A stretch of 64,000 bases of DNA from Pseudovirgaria hyperparasitica. Its lineage: Eukaryota. Below, piece after piece: positions 52,010 to 64,000 of the stretch; the first letter of the stretch is position 1; every line of letters begins with the position of its first letter. Position numbers and translations under genes: made by a program. The notes under the pieces are model-generated. The model ran no database searches, had not been told where the DNA came from, and saw only the letters and a program-made list of their open reading frames with translations. Location: NCBI GenBank assembly GCA_010093815.1, contig ML996566.1, one strand, 5' to 3'.

Positions 52010-52022
52010 CGTTATCGATAAC
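52010..52022. promoter_or_regulatory. Palindromic TTATCGATAA motif upstream of PUF6
   Basis: CGTTATCGATAAC about 125 bp before the ATG; RRPE-like GAAAATTT at ~52103. Confidence 0.6.
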
Positions 52023-52144
52023 AACTATGTGGACCCGAACTAGTCACGTGGTGGAAATCTTGGCTCCATTAATTTTTTGGGTCCATCCGAAGAGACAGTT
52101 GCGAAAATTTAGGTGCACCTTGTTCAGCATAGCACCACTCCATT

Positions 52145-54483
52145 ATGGCAGGAATAAAGCGAAAACAAGTTTCTGACACGCCGACCGTCATTCCGAATGA
52201 GGGCAAAGTAAAGAAGGTCAAGAAATCTACTCCTTCAGTACCTACGGCATCCGGCGTACCTGCCAAGTCCAAGCCGTCCACGGGCAAGAACACGAATTCG
52301 ACGTCGAAGAAGAGGACGGCCGAGACCAAAGCCCCGGCCCCAGCATCTGAGAGCGATTCGGACGTTGATGAGCTCGAGGAGAGCGACACAAGCGAGCAAG
52401 AGAATGGGTTCTACGGCTTCTCCGCCGCAGGGCAGGGTGCCGCAGAGGAAGACTCAAGTGAGGATGACGAGGCAGATGGAGACGGTGATATAGAAATGTC
52501 TGAACCTAAGCCTAAGTCCAAGACTGGAGAGACCTCCGAGAAGGCGCGGGAGAAAAAGAGTGACAATGCTCGTGAGAGAAGCCTTTTAGCATCATAGCCT
52601 CGAAGAAATTGCTAACAAGAGAAAGTGAACCCCACGTCGTCGCGAGAGGCTCATGCGAAACAGAAAGCCGAGAAGAAAGAGCGCAAGGCTGCAAAGCCCA
52701 ATGCCGACAGCATCGCCCGGGCCAAAAAGTTATGGGAACGACTACGTATAAAGTCTGCTGTGGAGCCCGAGGAACGGAAGAAGCTTGTCGAGGAGCTGTT
52801 CGACATTGTATCTGGCCGCGTCAAGGAGTTTGTCTTCAAGCACGACGCTGTGCGACCTGTTCAATGCGCGCTCAAGTATGCGAGCGCAGAACAACGATTG
52901 ATGATTACAAAAGAGTTGAAGGGCGATTTCAGACATTTGGCCGAGAGCAGATATGCCAAATTTTTGATTGCAAAGCTTCTGTCGGATGGGTAAGAGGGTG
53001 TGGTTATATGAGTGTTTAATGTGCTAATATGGATTACAGAGACGACACCATTCGAGACTTGATCATTACAGACTTCTACGGCCATGTCCGTCGACTGATA
53101 AACCACCCCGAGGCTTCTTGGATTCTCGACGATGCGTACCGGGGTGCAGCAACGCGCAAACAGAAGGATGTGCTGTTACGGGAGTGGTACGGACCAGATT
53201 TTGCGCTGTTCAAGTCTGCGAACAAAGACGACCTCACGTCTAATCTTTCTAAGATTCTCGAGAGCGCACCGGAGAAGCGGAAACCTATCATGGACTACCT
53301 GCAGAAACTCATCAATCAGCTCATCCAGAAGAAGCTGGTCGGCTTCACTATGCTGCATGACGCCATGCTGCAGTACCATCTGAATTTGAAGCCGGAGAGT
53401 GAGGAAGCTACGGAGTTCTACGAACTCATCAAGGGCGATGAAGGGGGCGACTTGATCAAGAATCTGTCCTTCACCAAGTCTGGTTCGAGGCTCGTATGCC
53501 ACTTGCTGGCGTACAGCGACGCCAAGGGGCGTCGAAACCTGCTCAAGCTCTTCAAGGATACAGTTGAGGCGCTTGCCTACGACAAGCACGGACATCACGT
53601 TTTGCTCACGGCGTACGAGGTCATCGACGACACAAAGACGCTGTCTAAAGCGATATTTCCAGAGCTCTTCGGGGATGGGACGAACGAAAGTGCACAGCAA
53701 GATAAGATTGTCGCATTGGTCCACGATCTGACTGGGCGCAAGTCTGTCCTGTCGCTTCTGTCCAACCACGCCAAATGGCTATATGTGCAGGATGACAAGG
53801 ACATGCTTGCGGAAGTCCAAGAGATTCGCAGCAAGACATCGAAGAAAGATCCCGAGATCCGCAGGAAAGAGCTTGTTGGTTATCTTTCACCGGCTGTCAT
53901 CAACACACTACAGCATCGCGCCGTTGACCTTTCAGCGACGTCATATGGGTTCCAATTCATTACAGAGGCGTTGATGGCCATCCCAAGCCCCGCAGCTGAA
54001 GCTCTTGCGGGCATAGCCGCATTGGCAGAGGGTGATCCAAAAGCTGAGAATCACATCAGTCAGTCTGCTGCCGGAGGCCGGATGCTCAAGACGCTGGTCG
54101 GCGATGGGCGTTTCAATCCGGAGACGAAGGCTCTCGTTCCGCTCGAAAGTCCCCTAGGTTTCGCAGATCTCCTGTACGCGCGCATCAAGGACCACATCGT
54201 GGACTGGGCCACGGGACCCGGGTCTTGGGTCGTGGTAGCAATGCTAGAGAACGCCAACTTCAGCCACAAGAGTGAGCTTGAAAAGACACTCAGAAAGAAC
54301 AAGAAGCACCTAGACACCGCCGCGTCGTCGGAGACGGCGGAGCAGAAGGCTCGGCGGGAAGAAAAGGAGAAGATTGCGCAGGGCGACAAGGGGGCGGCGA
54401 AAGGGCAGAAGAAGAAGAAGTTGGTGCAGGCGGAAGTCAAGGTTGGGAATGCCGGGTCGAAGGCGTTGTTGGAGAAGATGTAG
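52145..54483 (+). CDS. PUF6: Pumilio-homology nucleolar protein Puf6/PUM3, 3 exons
   Basis: AKKLWERLR, VFKHDAVRPVQCALKY, LAESRYAKFLIAKLL, FYGHVRRLINHPEASWILDDAYR, VIDDTK, TSKKDPEIRRKEL. Confidence 0.94.
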
Positions 54484-55355
54484 GGCATATGTGCATGATG
54501 CATGGTGCATGAATCAGGCGTCCAAAACGGGGCAGGCAGTGGTGGTAGGTAGTCATGAGTATCATATGCTCTTGAGTTTTTCTCTTGATTATCGTCCTGT
54601 TTCCTTTTTTGTTTTGTCATGACGTTATGTGTGACCCGTCCGTTTCTATTGACATTGTTCGACAATTCTCGTTCCCCGTGACCGCAGAATGGGATTCTTC
54701 TTATTCCTTCAAGGCACCCAATACCGAGTATCTCGAGGTCGTCTAGCCGTTTGTCGGGCAACCGAAAGGCATACAGAATCCCGTTCCCCATCAAGACACG
54801 ACACACGTCGCCCCACATTTTCTCTCGCATTCACTTCACCTCGCCTCCCCTGAATCCCGAAGATTCCTTAAACGGGCGGCAAAACACACGCTATTCACCA
54901 ATCTGCTATTGACGATTAACCGATTGACGACGCATTGTGTTACCTATTCCTACTCTATTCAAGCGAGGACCAGGGGGGGTCCACACATTGATTATATTCT
55001 TTCTCAATAGCCCTTTCCCCCGCCTACCTTCGTCTCTGTCAATCGCACACTTTCTGAAGAAGACAGATTTCTCCTCTTTTCGGCACTTTCGATTGTGCTA
55101 TTTACTATAGACGGCTGGCTATTGTGTGATTCTCTGGGCTGGATCTGCTTAAATACCTCGTTGGCAGCGCACATTTCTGGGATTCTCCAGTCTGTCCACC
55201 TACAAGTTTCCGTCTTCCCTCTCGAGCCGCACGCTGATTTCGCCTCCAAGAAACACCATTTTTCCGACGCAGCAAGCCATACAAAACCACCTTTTCCTCC
55301 ACTTCCTATCTCAAAAACGACCTCTTTCTCCCTCATCACCACCGAAACCGCAAAA

Positions 55356-56288
55356 ATGCCACCAAACCAATCCCGCCCATCATCCCACCAAAACACCACA
55401 AGACCTGCTGGCCAGGCACCACCACCACCACCAATCCGCCCATCGGGCATCGAGTCCCCGCCAACCCTCTCCTCCCTCGCCACCGCCATCTCCTCGCTCC
55501 GCCGCGAAAACACGGAGCTGCGCAACAGGGTCGCAGCCCTATACCCCAACACCACGCACGACCTGCGGCACGCCCAGCTCAGCAACGTCGTGGCCGCCGT
55601 CCGAGCCAGCATAACGCAGCAAATCCGCATGCAGGAGGCGGCCATCTCGGCGCGGCAGCGCCGGCAGGAGGAGGCGTTCAACAGGACGATGAAGGACGTG
55701 CAGGCGCACTTCACGCGGCGGGTGGAGGGGAGTGTGCAGATGTTGGAGAGGCGGTTTGCGGAGCGGGTGGGGGACGAGTTGCGGAGTGGGCCGGGGAGAC
55801 TGGCGGTTGATGAGGCGGCCACGAGGGCGGCGGAGAGGGTGTGTAGGGAGTATGGGGAGCGGGCGGAGGAGAGTGCGGGGATGTTGGCGGGGGCGGTGGA
55901 GGATGCTGTGAGCAGGGCGGTGAGGGAGGGGAGGGAGAGTGTGGAGGAGGGGTTGCGGGAGATGAAGAGGGAGGTTGGGGAGCGGATGGCGGCGGTGGAG
56001 GAGGTGCTTGCGCGGGTTGTTGCTGGGGAGGCGAGCGGGGGGGAGGGGAGTGGTGGTGGTGGTGAGGAGGAGGAGGTTGTGGAGAGGGAGGGAGAAGGGG
56101 GTGGTGAGGCGGAGGGGAGCCGGAAGAGGGCTCGTGAGGAGGAGGGAGAGGCGGAGGTGGTGGAGGAGAGGCCGGCGCCGAAAAAGGCGCGGAGGACGGC
56201 AAAGGGGCGTTCGGCGAAGGGGAAGGAGCGTGTGGAGGTGCGGAGGACGGGGCGGAAGAGGGTTGCGAGGACCTTCTATGAGCCGTGA
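55356..56288 (+). CDS. Hypothetical coiled-coil protein with basic C-terminal NLS-like tail
   Basis: AAAATG start context; 310-aa open frame with heptad-like helices and RKRAR / PKKARR motifs. Confidence 0.6.
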   Translation: MPPNQSRPSSHQNTTRPAGQAPPPPPIRPSGIESPPTLSSLATAISSLRRENTELRNRVAALYPNTTHDLRHAQLSNVVAAVRASITQQIRMQEAAISARQRRQEEAFNRTMKDVQAHFTRRVEGSVQMLERRFAERVGDELRSGPGRLAVDEAATRAAERVCREYGERAEESAGMLAGAVEDAVSRAVREGRESVEEGLREMKREVGERMAAVEEVLARVVAGEASGGEGSGGGGEEEEVVEREGEGGGEAEGSRKRAREEEGEAEVVEERPAPKKARRTAKGRSAKGKERVEVRRTGRKRVARTFYEP

Positions 56289-58930
56289 GGGCCGGGGAGA
56301 GGGGAGGTGGAGGGGGGAGATGTCGAGTTGAAGCAGTCGTTTTTCGGATAGCCAGCACGGCGGGACCGTGTTGTCTGGTCTGGCTGGAACGACGAGATGG
56401 CGGCGAGAGTGTATTACTAGATAGGCGTTCAAAAGCGGCTTTTTCTTTTTCCAATATCAAAAAAGCGTTTGATTTCTGACTATCAAGATCAAGGTTGTTA
56501 GTAAGCTTTTCTTAGGTGCATCAGCCTCGTCATCGCCACATGGCTCAGCCACACCTCACGGACTTCCAGACAGGCCTGCCTCGTGTGGTGGAAATCTCGC
56601 CATGTGGGAAAGAAAAAAGCCCAAAAAACGTCTCTCCCCCCCAAAAACAAATCGCTCTCACAGCAACGTGTCGCTGTGGATACAAAAAGTGACAACACCA
56701 CAGCCGCCGAAAAGGCTGGCGCACGAAGGTACCCGAGTACACACACACACACACAGCCCACAACATCCCACCTCCCATCCTTCAGACCCTTACCACCGGG
56801 TACGGTACGTCGACGATGATGTATGTATGTATGTATGTTGATGAGGGCATGTTATTAGCTGGCCGAACCATCTGACATCTGATTGCTGCAAAGCCAGCGG
56901 AAAGATCCATCAGCCCGTCTTAGCCCTCCTCCCATACCCTACCAATTGCACAACGCACGCACGCACGCACATATACACACAAACACGCACGCGGGCGTTT
57001 ACTATTCCCGGCCGTGAAAGGGGGGGGTGGGTTTGGGAGGGACCGCCCGACCGACCAACCGACCGACCGACCGGACCCAACAGACAGGATACACCTATGA
57101 CTGTTTCTGCTTCCCAAGAAAAATTTAAAAATAAAAACGAGGAGGGGGGGAATACGTAGCACGCATGATGAGTTGTCACTTCTTCCTGACCGACTGACTG
57201 TGCGCCTTTTGACTGGGCGTGGATGAGTGTTTATGTGAGGGAGGGAGCGATAGAGTGAGTGAGAGAGGGCGAGGACACCGAGGACTGCGATGGTACTTAC
57301 GTCTCTCGTCTGGAAATTTGAGCAGAGAATGGAAAAACTTGGCTCTTTCGCACGCCTCTCTGTGTGTGCGTGTGTGCGTGCGGCCCCCAGTGCCTGTTAG
57401 CGAGGGCAACTTACCTACCTACCTACCAGCCCCCCCTCCCCTGCCTGGTCCTCTTCCTCCAAGGACGCCACGGACGAAAGTCTGAAGAGCGGACGGATCC
57501 AATGAGGGAGGAAGGTTGAAGGATTACATCGAGCGAGTGAGTGAGTGAGTGGGCAGGAGGACCGCAGGGAGAAGAAGTGAGTCTTCATGCGCGCGGCGCG
57601 CTATCTTGGCAACAGTCCTCTTGCATTCAGTGCTTGCTTGATTGCTTTACAAAAGACTTTTTCACAGGACGACTTTTGTTGTTTCGGTGAAGCGGACGCG
57701 TGCTGATTCGTTGCCGACGCAGCACCGGCGGACCAGACCAGGCTTGCGGCAACAAGGTGTCACCGACTTTCTTTGCTCGTCCCAGCCAAGCGCTCGGAAG
57801 AACGAAAGATCGAAAGAAAGAAAGAAAAAAAAAAAACTTGGAATGATTACTGGGATGAGAGTCTACCGTTTCGGAATCACAGCTGTGCGGTGTGAAGGCG
57901 GTGGACGTGGTGGTGGTGGTGGTGGCCAATGTTATTGCAAGGACCGCACTGTCAGATGGAAGCTGGAACGGACGGAGGAGGGCACTGGGCAGTCTGTACT
58001 CGATAGGCAGCAGCATCAACAACGAAAGGTCAGCGAAATGATGGAATAATTAATATTCGAGCGCGAGTGTGTGCGTGTGTGTGTTGTGGGCGGAGATGAC
58101 GAGCGAGCCGAAATTAAAGATTCGGTATGCTTTGTGGCGGTGATGGGGACGCCGGCCAGTAGGTGGTAGTAGAGCAGTGGGAGGTAGTCAACAAGTCGTA
58201 ATGTTATTATGATTATTCTTAGTGTGAGTGGTGGTGTGTTGCGGCTCGTGTGGTGCAGGCAAACGGTCTGATCTGGGAATACAAGGGGGAGGGGAGGGAG
58301 GGGGGGGGGATCCTGGTGAGTTCGCGGGAGAAGCGTCCGTGCCAGAGAATGCCTCTCTCCCTTTCTTTCCGTGTTTCCCCCCCCAAGTGCCCGTCCAGTG
58401 TTTCGGACGGAGGTTGGACGAGTCACCAGTGGTGTGGATTGGACTGATCTGAGAGAGTGGAGAGTGTCTGGATGCGTGCTGGATGGATGCTGAATGCTGC
58501 TGAAAAGACAGCTCGAATATCAATCGTCAGCCTGTGGCCACTGGTGACATGCTGCCTCTACTGGACCTGAGACCTTGAGACCTGAGACCGACCGGCGCAC
58601 CCTTACCACCTTACGCCTTTGGACGAACACATTCCAATACTAATTAACTAGCTAGCTAGCAAAAGGGCAAATGGACTATATTCCCAGGGCATTGGGCGCG
58701 TGTAGCCACCACGGGCTGGACTCTGCTCAAATGGCAGCAGCACGCACAGAGTACAGTGTAGTCCAAAGGAGAAAAAAAGAGACTCTGTGTATGTGTGTGT
58801 GTGTGTTTGATGCAATGCAGCATCGAGCGGTAGGGTGCGCCACCGTGCCAGTGCCTCGGGAATAACCTAATACACTTGCAATCTGCACGAATGCCCATCT
58901 CATCAAGTGCGTGCAGCGTCGTCGTCACAG

Positions 58931-58931
<1 letters not shown>

Positions 58932-58967
<36 letters not shown>
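58932..58967. repeat. (CA)n microsatellite
   Basis: Direct dinucleotide run of about 18 units. Confidence 0.95.
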
Positions 58968-58969
<2 letters not shown>

Positions 58970-60683
58970 ATCAGCGGGAGCGTCGCCATGTAGATAACTT
59001 TAGATGATGATGGTTGATGATAGCAACGTGCCGGATGATGAGAGAGTGCCAGTCAGTGCTGCTCGGAGAATAACACCAGACATGTTCTATGACTGCGTCT
59101 ATGGCGAAGATGAAGTCCTCCATGTTCCATGTGCAAGAGCAGTAATCGGCGAAATGAAGGGCAAATATCAAAAAGTCAAGTTGGGCATCGAAGCATCCAA
59201 GCATCCCAAGCGCGGACTCATACGTGAATAGAGCAGATTAGCAGGAGGATTACCAATCCCTGGGTAGACGTGAGTCGCCCTCCTCGACACGACTGTGACT
59301 CTCGAGCCTTATATTCTCCTTCGACGAAACGCAGGGAGAGGGCAAAGCTTAAATGTGCATCAATCGTACGTGTGTGTGTGTGTTTGCCTACGAGGTTAAG
59401 CAGCGCGTGCAGCCCTGCGCCGGACGTGTAGAGCTAAACTGTCCGTCCAGTTTCATGAGTTGGTGACTACTACGTACGGCAAGGCTGAAGCACGACGGAC
59501 TGGAGGCTCCATCTGTGTGTGTAGTGTAGTGTTGCTTGCTTGCGTGTGCGTGTTTGCTTTGCCTTCAGAGGAGGCTGGAGGGAGTAGGGAATAATTAATT
59601 AGGGAGTAAAGTAATACCCAGGTCCAGGCTCACTCGGTCGTATTTTATGATTTCATCAGAGACAACAGAGCCCTGTCACTCTCGCATAAGCCGTCCAACG
59701 CTCTGTGTCATCATGGAACATCATCACTGTTGGGGCCTGGAGTGTCGTCGTCGTCGTCGTCGTTGTCGTTGTCGTAGCAGTAGTAGTGGCAGTTCGACTG
59801 CAGACAGCCGCAGTCACGAGTCGTCACTATGTCATTCATTCAGTATCACGAAGACTGGGAAAGAAAGGCAAAAAGAGAGTGTAATTAATCAATGATAATG
59901 TTATAATTATTCTTATTCTTATTCCTATTATTACCATTACTGCGACCGGGACGGGGACGGGTCGACAGGTTCCACCGCCGCCCAGCACTCAACCAACTTT
60001 CTTCCCTTGCCTTGGCTGCCGCGCGAAGTTGTCTAAGCCACAAAACCCACTACGATCCACTTCCCTCTCCCCTAACTCTCCTTCATCATCACACATACCC
60101 CCCCCCCTCCCTCTTCGCCATCTCCCACGGCCGGGCGCTGGCTCTCTCGCAAGTTTATGAGCGACAGGGGTCGTTTAGGAGTCGTCGATTAGTCGATTCC
60201 ACTCGATACCCCCCGACCTGCTGCAACTACTTCTAGGCCTGTCCGCCCATTCTCAGCACGTCTCTGGTGCTTTTCCCCTACCAAGCCTTTTTGCTATTCA
60301 CACACTGTGTGTAAAAACTATTCCAACATTCCACCACTTCTTCTCAATTATCAATCAGGATCTCTCCTCTTCGAGATCCTTTGTTCCAGCATCTTCTAGC
60401 CGGATCCAGCAACACATAGCCAATGTCGAGAGCAGGACTGCCAACCACCTCCCTCCTCTTCTCCACTCGTCCTCCACACAACAACAGGAACAACGACATC
60501 TTCTGCGACACAAGATACATTCAAGATTTTGGCCAGCATTCGCCACGGTGAGGTGACGGGCTTATAACTCGCTCCTCTCACGCCTCCCAAACAAATCCTA
60601 TTCCTCCGACCGACCATACTCTTTCATCTTTTTTCGAGAAAAAAAAGACGCGCGCTCGTTAAAAGCGCACATTGTTTGCATCC

Positions 60684-61913
60684 ATGTATGCGACACCGCA
60701 GTATCCACCGGGCTACACCCACTACGACTACTACCGAACCCCTCCAGTGTCGCCGTCGCCAAACCCTCAATACTACTCCCCGCGATACTCGACCCACAAT
60801 GCCTCCCCGTCCCCGCGAGCCTCTCCCTCCGTAAAGGGCCACAGCCGACGCGCGAGCCACCACGACCCTCCACAATACACGGCCTATGCCTCACCTCGTC
60901 CATCTTACTATGGTCGGTATGCCTCGCCGCAACATCAGGCATACTACGCGTCGCACAATACCACGTCGCGACGCGAATCCGACTATGTAAGTAACGATCA
61001 TTTCTACCGCTCAAAGGCACGGCGCTACACCGGTACGGACGCATATCCAGACCGCGACGCCCGTACTTCACACTACGCCGGCCGGACGTATGTTGTCTTT
61101 GACGACAGCGACGACTATCCGTACGACCACAACAGCCGCACGCCACCTCCTCCCTACGAGGAATATTATCACCATTACCGCTATGCGCAGCCCGCTGATC
61201 ATTCTCATCGCGATCAGGTCCCCGTATACACAGGTACAGATAGTGTGCCCCAGCAGCCCCCGCGTGCTCGACGACACTCCAACAACACCACCACCCGTCC
61301 CACACAACCGCAGCCAAAGTCAAAGCACCCACCCAAGCCCTCGCACCCCGCTGCCACCGAAGAAGACGCCCGCCGCGCACAGATACCTGCTGGCTACAAC
61401 ACCAAGAACTGGGACCCCGCCGAAGAGCCCATCCTCCTTCTCGGCAGTGTCTTTGACGCCAACAGTCTCGGTCGGTGGATTTACGACTGGACTGCCTTTG
61501 TCCACCCGCGCGCCTCCCCCCTTGCCGAGATGGCCGGCGACCTGTGGATCCTCCTCATCAAGCTGGCCGGCAACGTCAAGCGCGCCGAGGAAGTCAGCCC
61601 GCTCGTCCGGTGCAAAGAGTCGCGCGAGATTGTCGAGGACTTTCTCGAGTCCGGCGAGCGGCTGTGGACCCGGTTCGGCAAGCTGCTAAAGGTGTGCGAG
61701 GAGTACATGTGGAAGCCTTCAAAAGACGGCAAGTCAGGGCGGGCGGAGAAGCCGGCCGTCATGGGCCGCGACAGCGGTGTCGAGTTTGTCGACAGCATGT
61801 TTGGCCGTGACCGCGAGCTGGAGCGCACGGAGAAGCTGATGACGGCGATGCGACTGTGGGACATTCGCTTCGAGGCCAACTGCAAGGACATCCTGAAGCA
61901 CCCCGACCTTTGA
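60684..61913 (+). CDS. Conserved fungal protein of unknown function (family often auto-annotated 'vegetative cell wall protein gp1')
   Basis: Y/P/S-rich N-terminus; C-terminal domain ATEEDARRAQIPAGY..KNWDP.EEPILLLGSVFDANSLGRWIYDWT...LLKVCEEYM...FGRDRELERTEKLM. Confidence 0.85.
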   Translation: MYATPQYPPGYTHYDYYRTPPVSPSPNPQYYSPRYSTHNASPSPRASPSVKGHSRRASHHDPPQYTAYASPRPSYYGRYASPQHQAYYASHNTTSRRESDYVSNDHFYRSKARRYTGTDAYPDRDARTSHYAGRTYVVFDDSDDYPYDHNSRTPPPPYEEYYHHYRYAQPADHSHRDQVPVYTGTDSVPQQPPRARRHSNNTTTRPTQPQPKSKHPPKPSHPAATEEDARRAQIPAGYNTKNWDPAEEPILLLGSVFDANSLGRWIYDWTAFVHPRASPLAEMAGDLWILLIKLAGNVKRAEEVSPLVRCKESREIVEDFLESGERLWTRFGKLLKVCEEYMWKPSKDGKSGRAEKPAVMGRDSGVEFVDSMFGRDRELERTEKLMTAMRLWDIRFEANCKDILKHPDL

Positions 61914-62659
61914 AGGATGACTTTGTCCGTCTGTCTTGTGCTCTCTCTCTACGGGATATTAACTGGGTTTTTCCTATATGATTCTGCTGTTTATCTGCTT
62001 TCGCGCACGATATACCCATTTCCTTTTTATCTCCATATATTGTAATATACCAACCAACCATCCATCCAACCCTCCATCTATCCCACTTCTCCTTCCCTCC
62101 TTCCTGTCTCAGTCTCTTGGTTTTTCTTTCCCTTGTCGGACGCGAACAAAAAAGAGTTTCGGGGAGGGGTCTGGGCCTGTACAACTAGAACATGGTGCAT
62201 TTTCCAACGGCGCTGCTTTTACTCAACGCTTGTTTCCTTTTCTTCGTCTTTTTCTTTTTCCGGTCGGTCTTGGCTAGCTTTGTTGGTGTGAGTTCCGCAT
62301 TTACACCCCGGGGGCTGCTTGGGGGGGTTTTTTTTGGGGGGGGGATGGGAGGGGATACCCAAAAGAAAAAAGTTTCATCGATTTATACCATGGATCAGTC
62401 TTTTTTTGGCGGGGGATTTGAGGGGCTTTAACTAGAGGCGGGGAGGAAACAGGAATTGGAATCGTGCGAACGAATGACTTGGATTGACTGAAGCGAGACG
62501 TATGTTTCTTTTTTTTAGTAGTAGTAGATTTTTAGATGTTTAGATTTGTGGTTTGGGAGGGGATGATGGGAAGGGGGAAGGCCGCGCGAGCGGTAGTAGT
62601 TTTAGTTTGAGATATGCTGTTATAGTTTATACCCCTTTTTAATGCTTGTGTTTGGTTTG

Positions 62660-63520
62660 GGATTTTGTTGTTGGTTTTGGGGTTTGTGTTTGTGTGTTTG
62701 TGTATTAGTGTGTGTATCGTCTATCTACATCCATCCAGAGACACCGGACTAGTTGCAGTTGCATGCCCTGAGCGTACACATACATACACATACAGAGACA
62801 GAGACAGATACACATACACATACACCCGTCCGTCCCGTCGCCACCATCATCGCCACCCGTTGTGGCGCTGCACAGACAATATATGCTCGTATGAACATCT
62901 GCGGGATCCATTCCAGACTGTACTGTACTGTACTGTACCGTACCGTACTGCAGGACACGATATACCAGACGCGCCGGACCTCGTACCGTGGCGAATATGT
63001 ATGTATGCATGTCACGTCGCGTTGTGTCGACGGCTTGCGGTGGTATCTTGTGCTGTGTTTGATGTCCGGTGTATGGGTTTGTATGGGTTTGTATGGGTTT
63101 GTATGTATGTATGTGTTTGTATGTATGTATTTGTGCTTTTGCTGCGTGCGTGCGTGCGTGTGTGCGTGCGTGTGTGCGTGCATGCAGTATATATGTGTAG
63201 TATATGTATATGTACATGTACAGTGGTATATACTAGATCCGAAGATTGGACTGGACTGGCCTGGGCTGGACTAATTAGGCTTGTTATGTGTGTATGTATG
63301 TACCGTTGCTAGGATGTGCAAGGATGCACTTGTACTTGGTGTATGGGAGATGGATGTGGGTACTCGGGTGAGTGAGTGACTGACTGACATGTACGGTCTG
63401 CTTTGAGGGCAGTACGTGAAGTTTGCATGTATGTATGTATGTATGTATGTATGTATGTATACATGATACGCGAGTCATGGACGAGTCATGGACGAGTCAT
63501 GTACGAGTCATGGACGCGAG
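62660..63520. repeat. Compound microsatellite field ((TATG)n, (GTAC)-type 5-mers, (CGTG)n, GTATGGGTTT x3, CGAGTCATGGA x4)
   Basis: Directly visible simple repeats. Confidence 0.9.
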
Positions 63521-64000
63521 TATGTAGTGCTCGTCGTGTTTGATGCCTTGGATAGACTGGACTGGATGGGGATAGGAGAGGTCTGGAGGGCGCGATACTG
63601 ATATCGATACTGTGAATATACATATACGTCTATCGAGTCCATTCACTAATTACTCATGATCTTCTGCGATTTCGAGTTGGACTTGACTTCAGAAGCGGGA
63701 GAATGGAGTATGGCTGGCGTATATATCAGTACTGTAGGCACCTAATACGAATACCGTCTACCGGTCGGCAAGTATTAGGTAGGAGGTAATTGATATAAGC
63801 ATAAACACGCCCCCCCTTAGCCTTGGGATGACTCACTTCTCTCACTTCGCTCTCGCCAACCACGCCTCACGTCTGATGCCCGTGGTGGTGGTGGTGGTGG
63901 TGGTGGTCAGCGTCAGACATGGCAACAGCAATCTAAGTCATCTATTAAGAGTCATAAATTAGTGGTTAGTTAGTTAAAGGGGGGGTGGGCTGCCCTCGAA

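Noticed and set aside
55004..56460. Long antisense Pro/Leu-rich ORFs
   Set aside because: Shadows of the G-rich plus-strand gene.
62665..63478. Overlapping Cys/Val/His/Thr-rich ORFs
   Set aside because: Translations of microsatellites.

Overview
Eukaryotic, intron-rich genomic DNA from a filamentous ascomycete (Pezizomycotina). Introns are GT-AG with CTRAY branch points, and a HET gene and a RIP signature are present; the species cannot be determined from sequence alone. The window holds about 26 protein-coding loci. Most are housekeeping: a queuosine-salvage 3' fragment, ORC6, the divergent ACL1/ACL2 pair, a P450, GID4/VID24, a 7-exon mago nashi almost invisible in the ORF track, beta-COP, sphingoid base kinase, APQ12-like, a LIM protein, TRM8, RRP1, DIM-5/Clr4, eIF3h and PUF6. 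The most notable observations are: (1) a predicted in-frame splice joining a WRKY/GCM1-like (AFT/FAR1-type) Zn-finger protein to a Cys-type glutathione transferase, where the long linking intron also carries a CRE site and a separate ATG for a stand-alone GST; (2) a roughly 530-bp RIP-mutated AT island filling the promoter and 5' end of the H3K9 methyltransferase gene; (3) an accessory module of a 15-bp minisatellite, a HET protein with an inserted ZZ finger, and a convergent vWA-Hint (Vint) gene broken by a single in-frame TGA; (4) two diverged orphan paralogues with a shared intron position flanking the LIM gene; (5) a decayed MFS pseudogene. All exon structures were inferred by eye and no database search was run.
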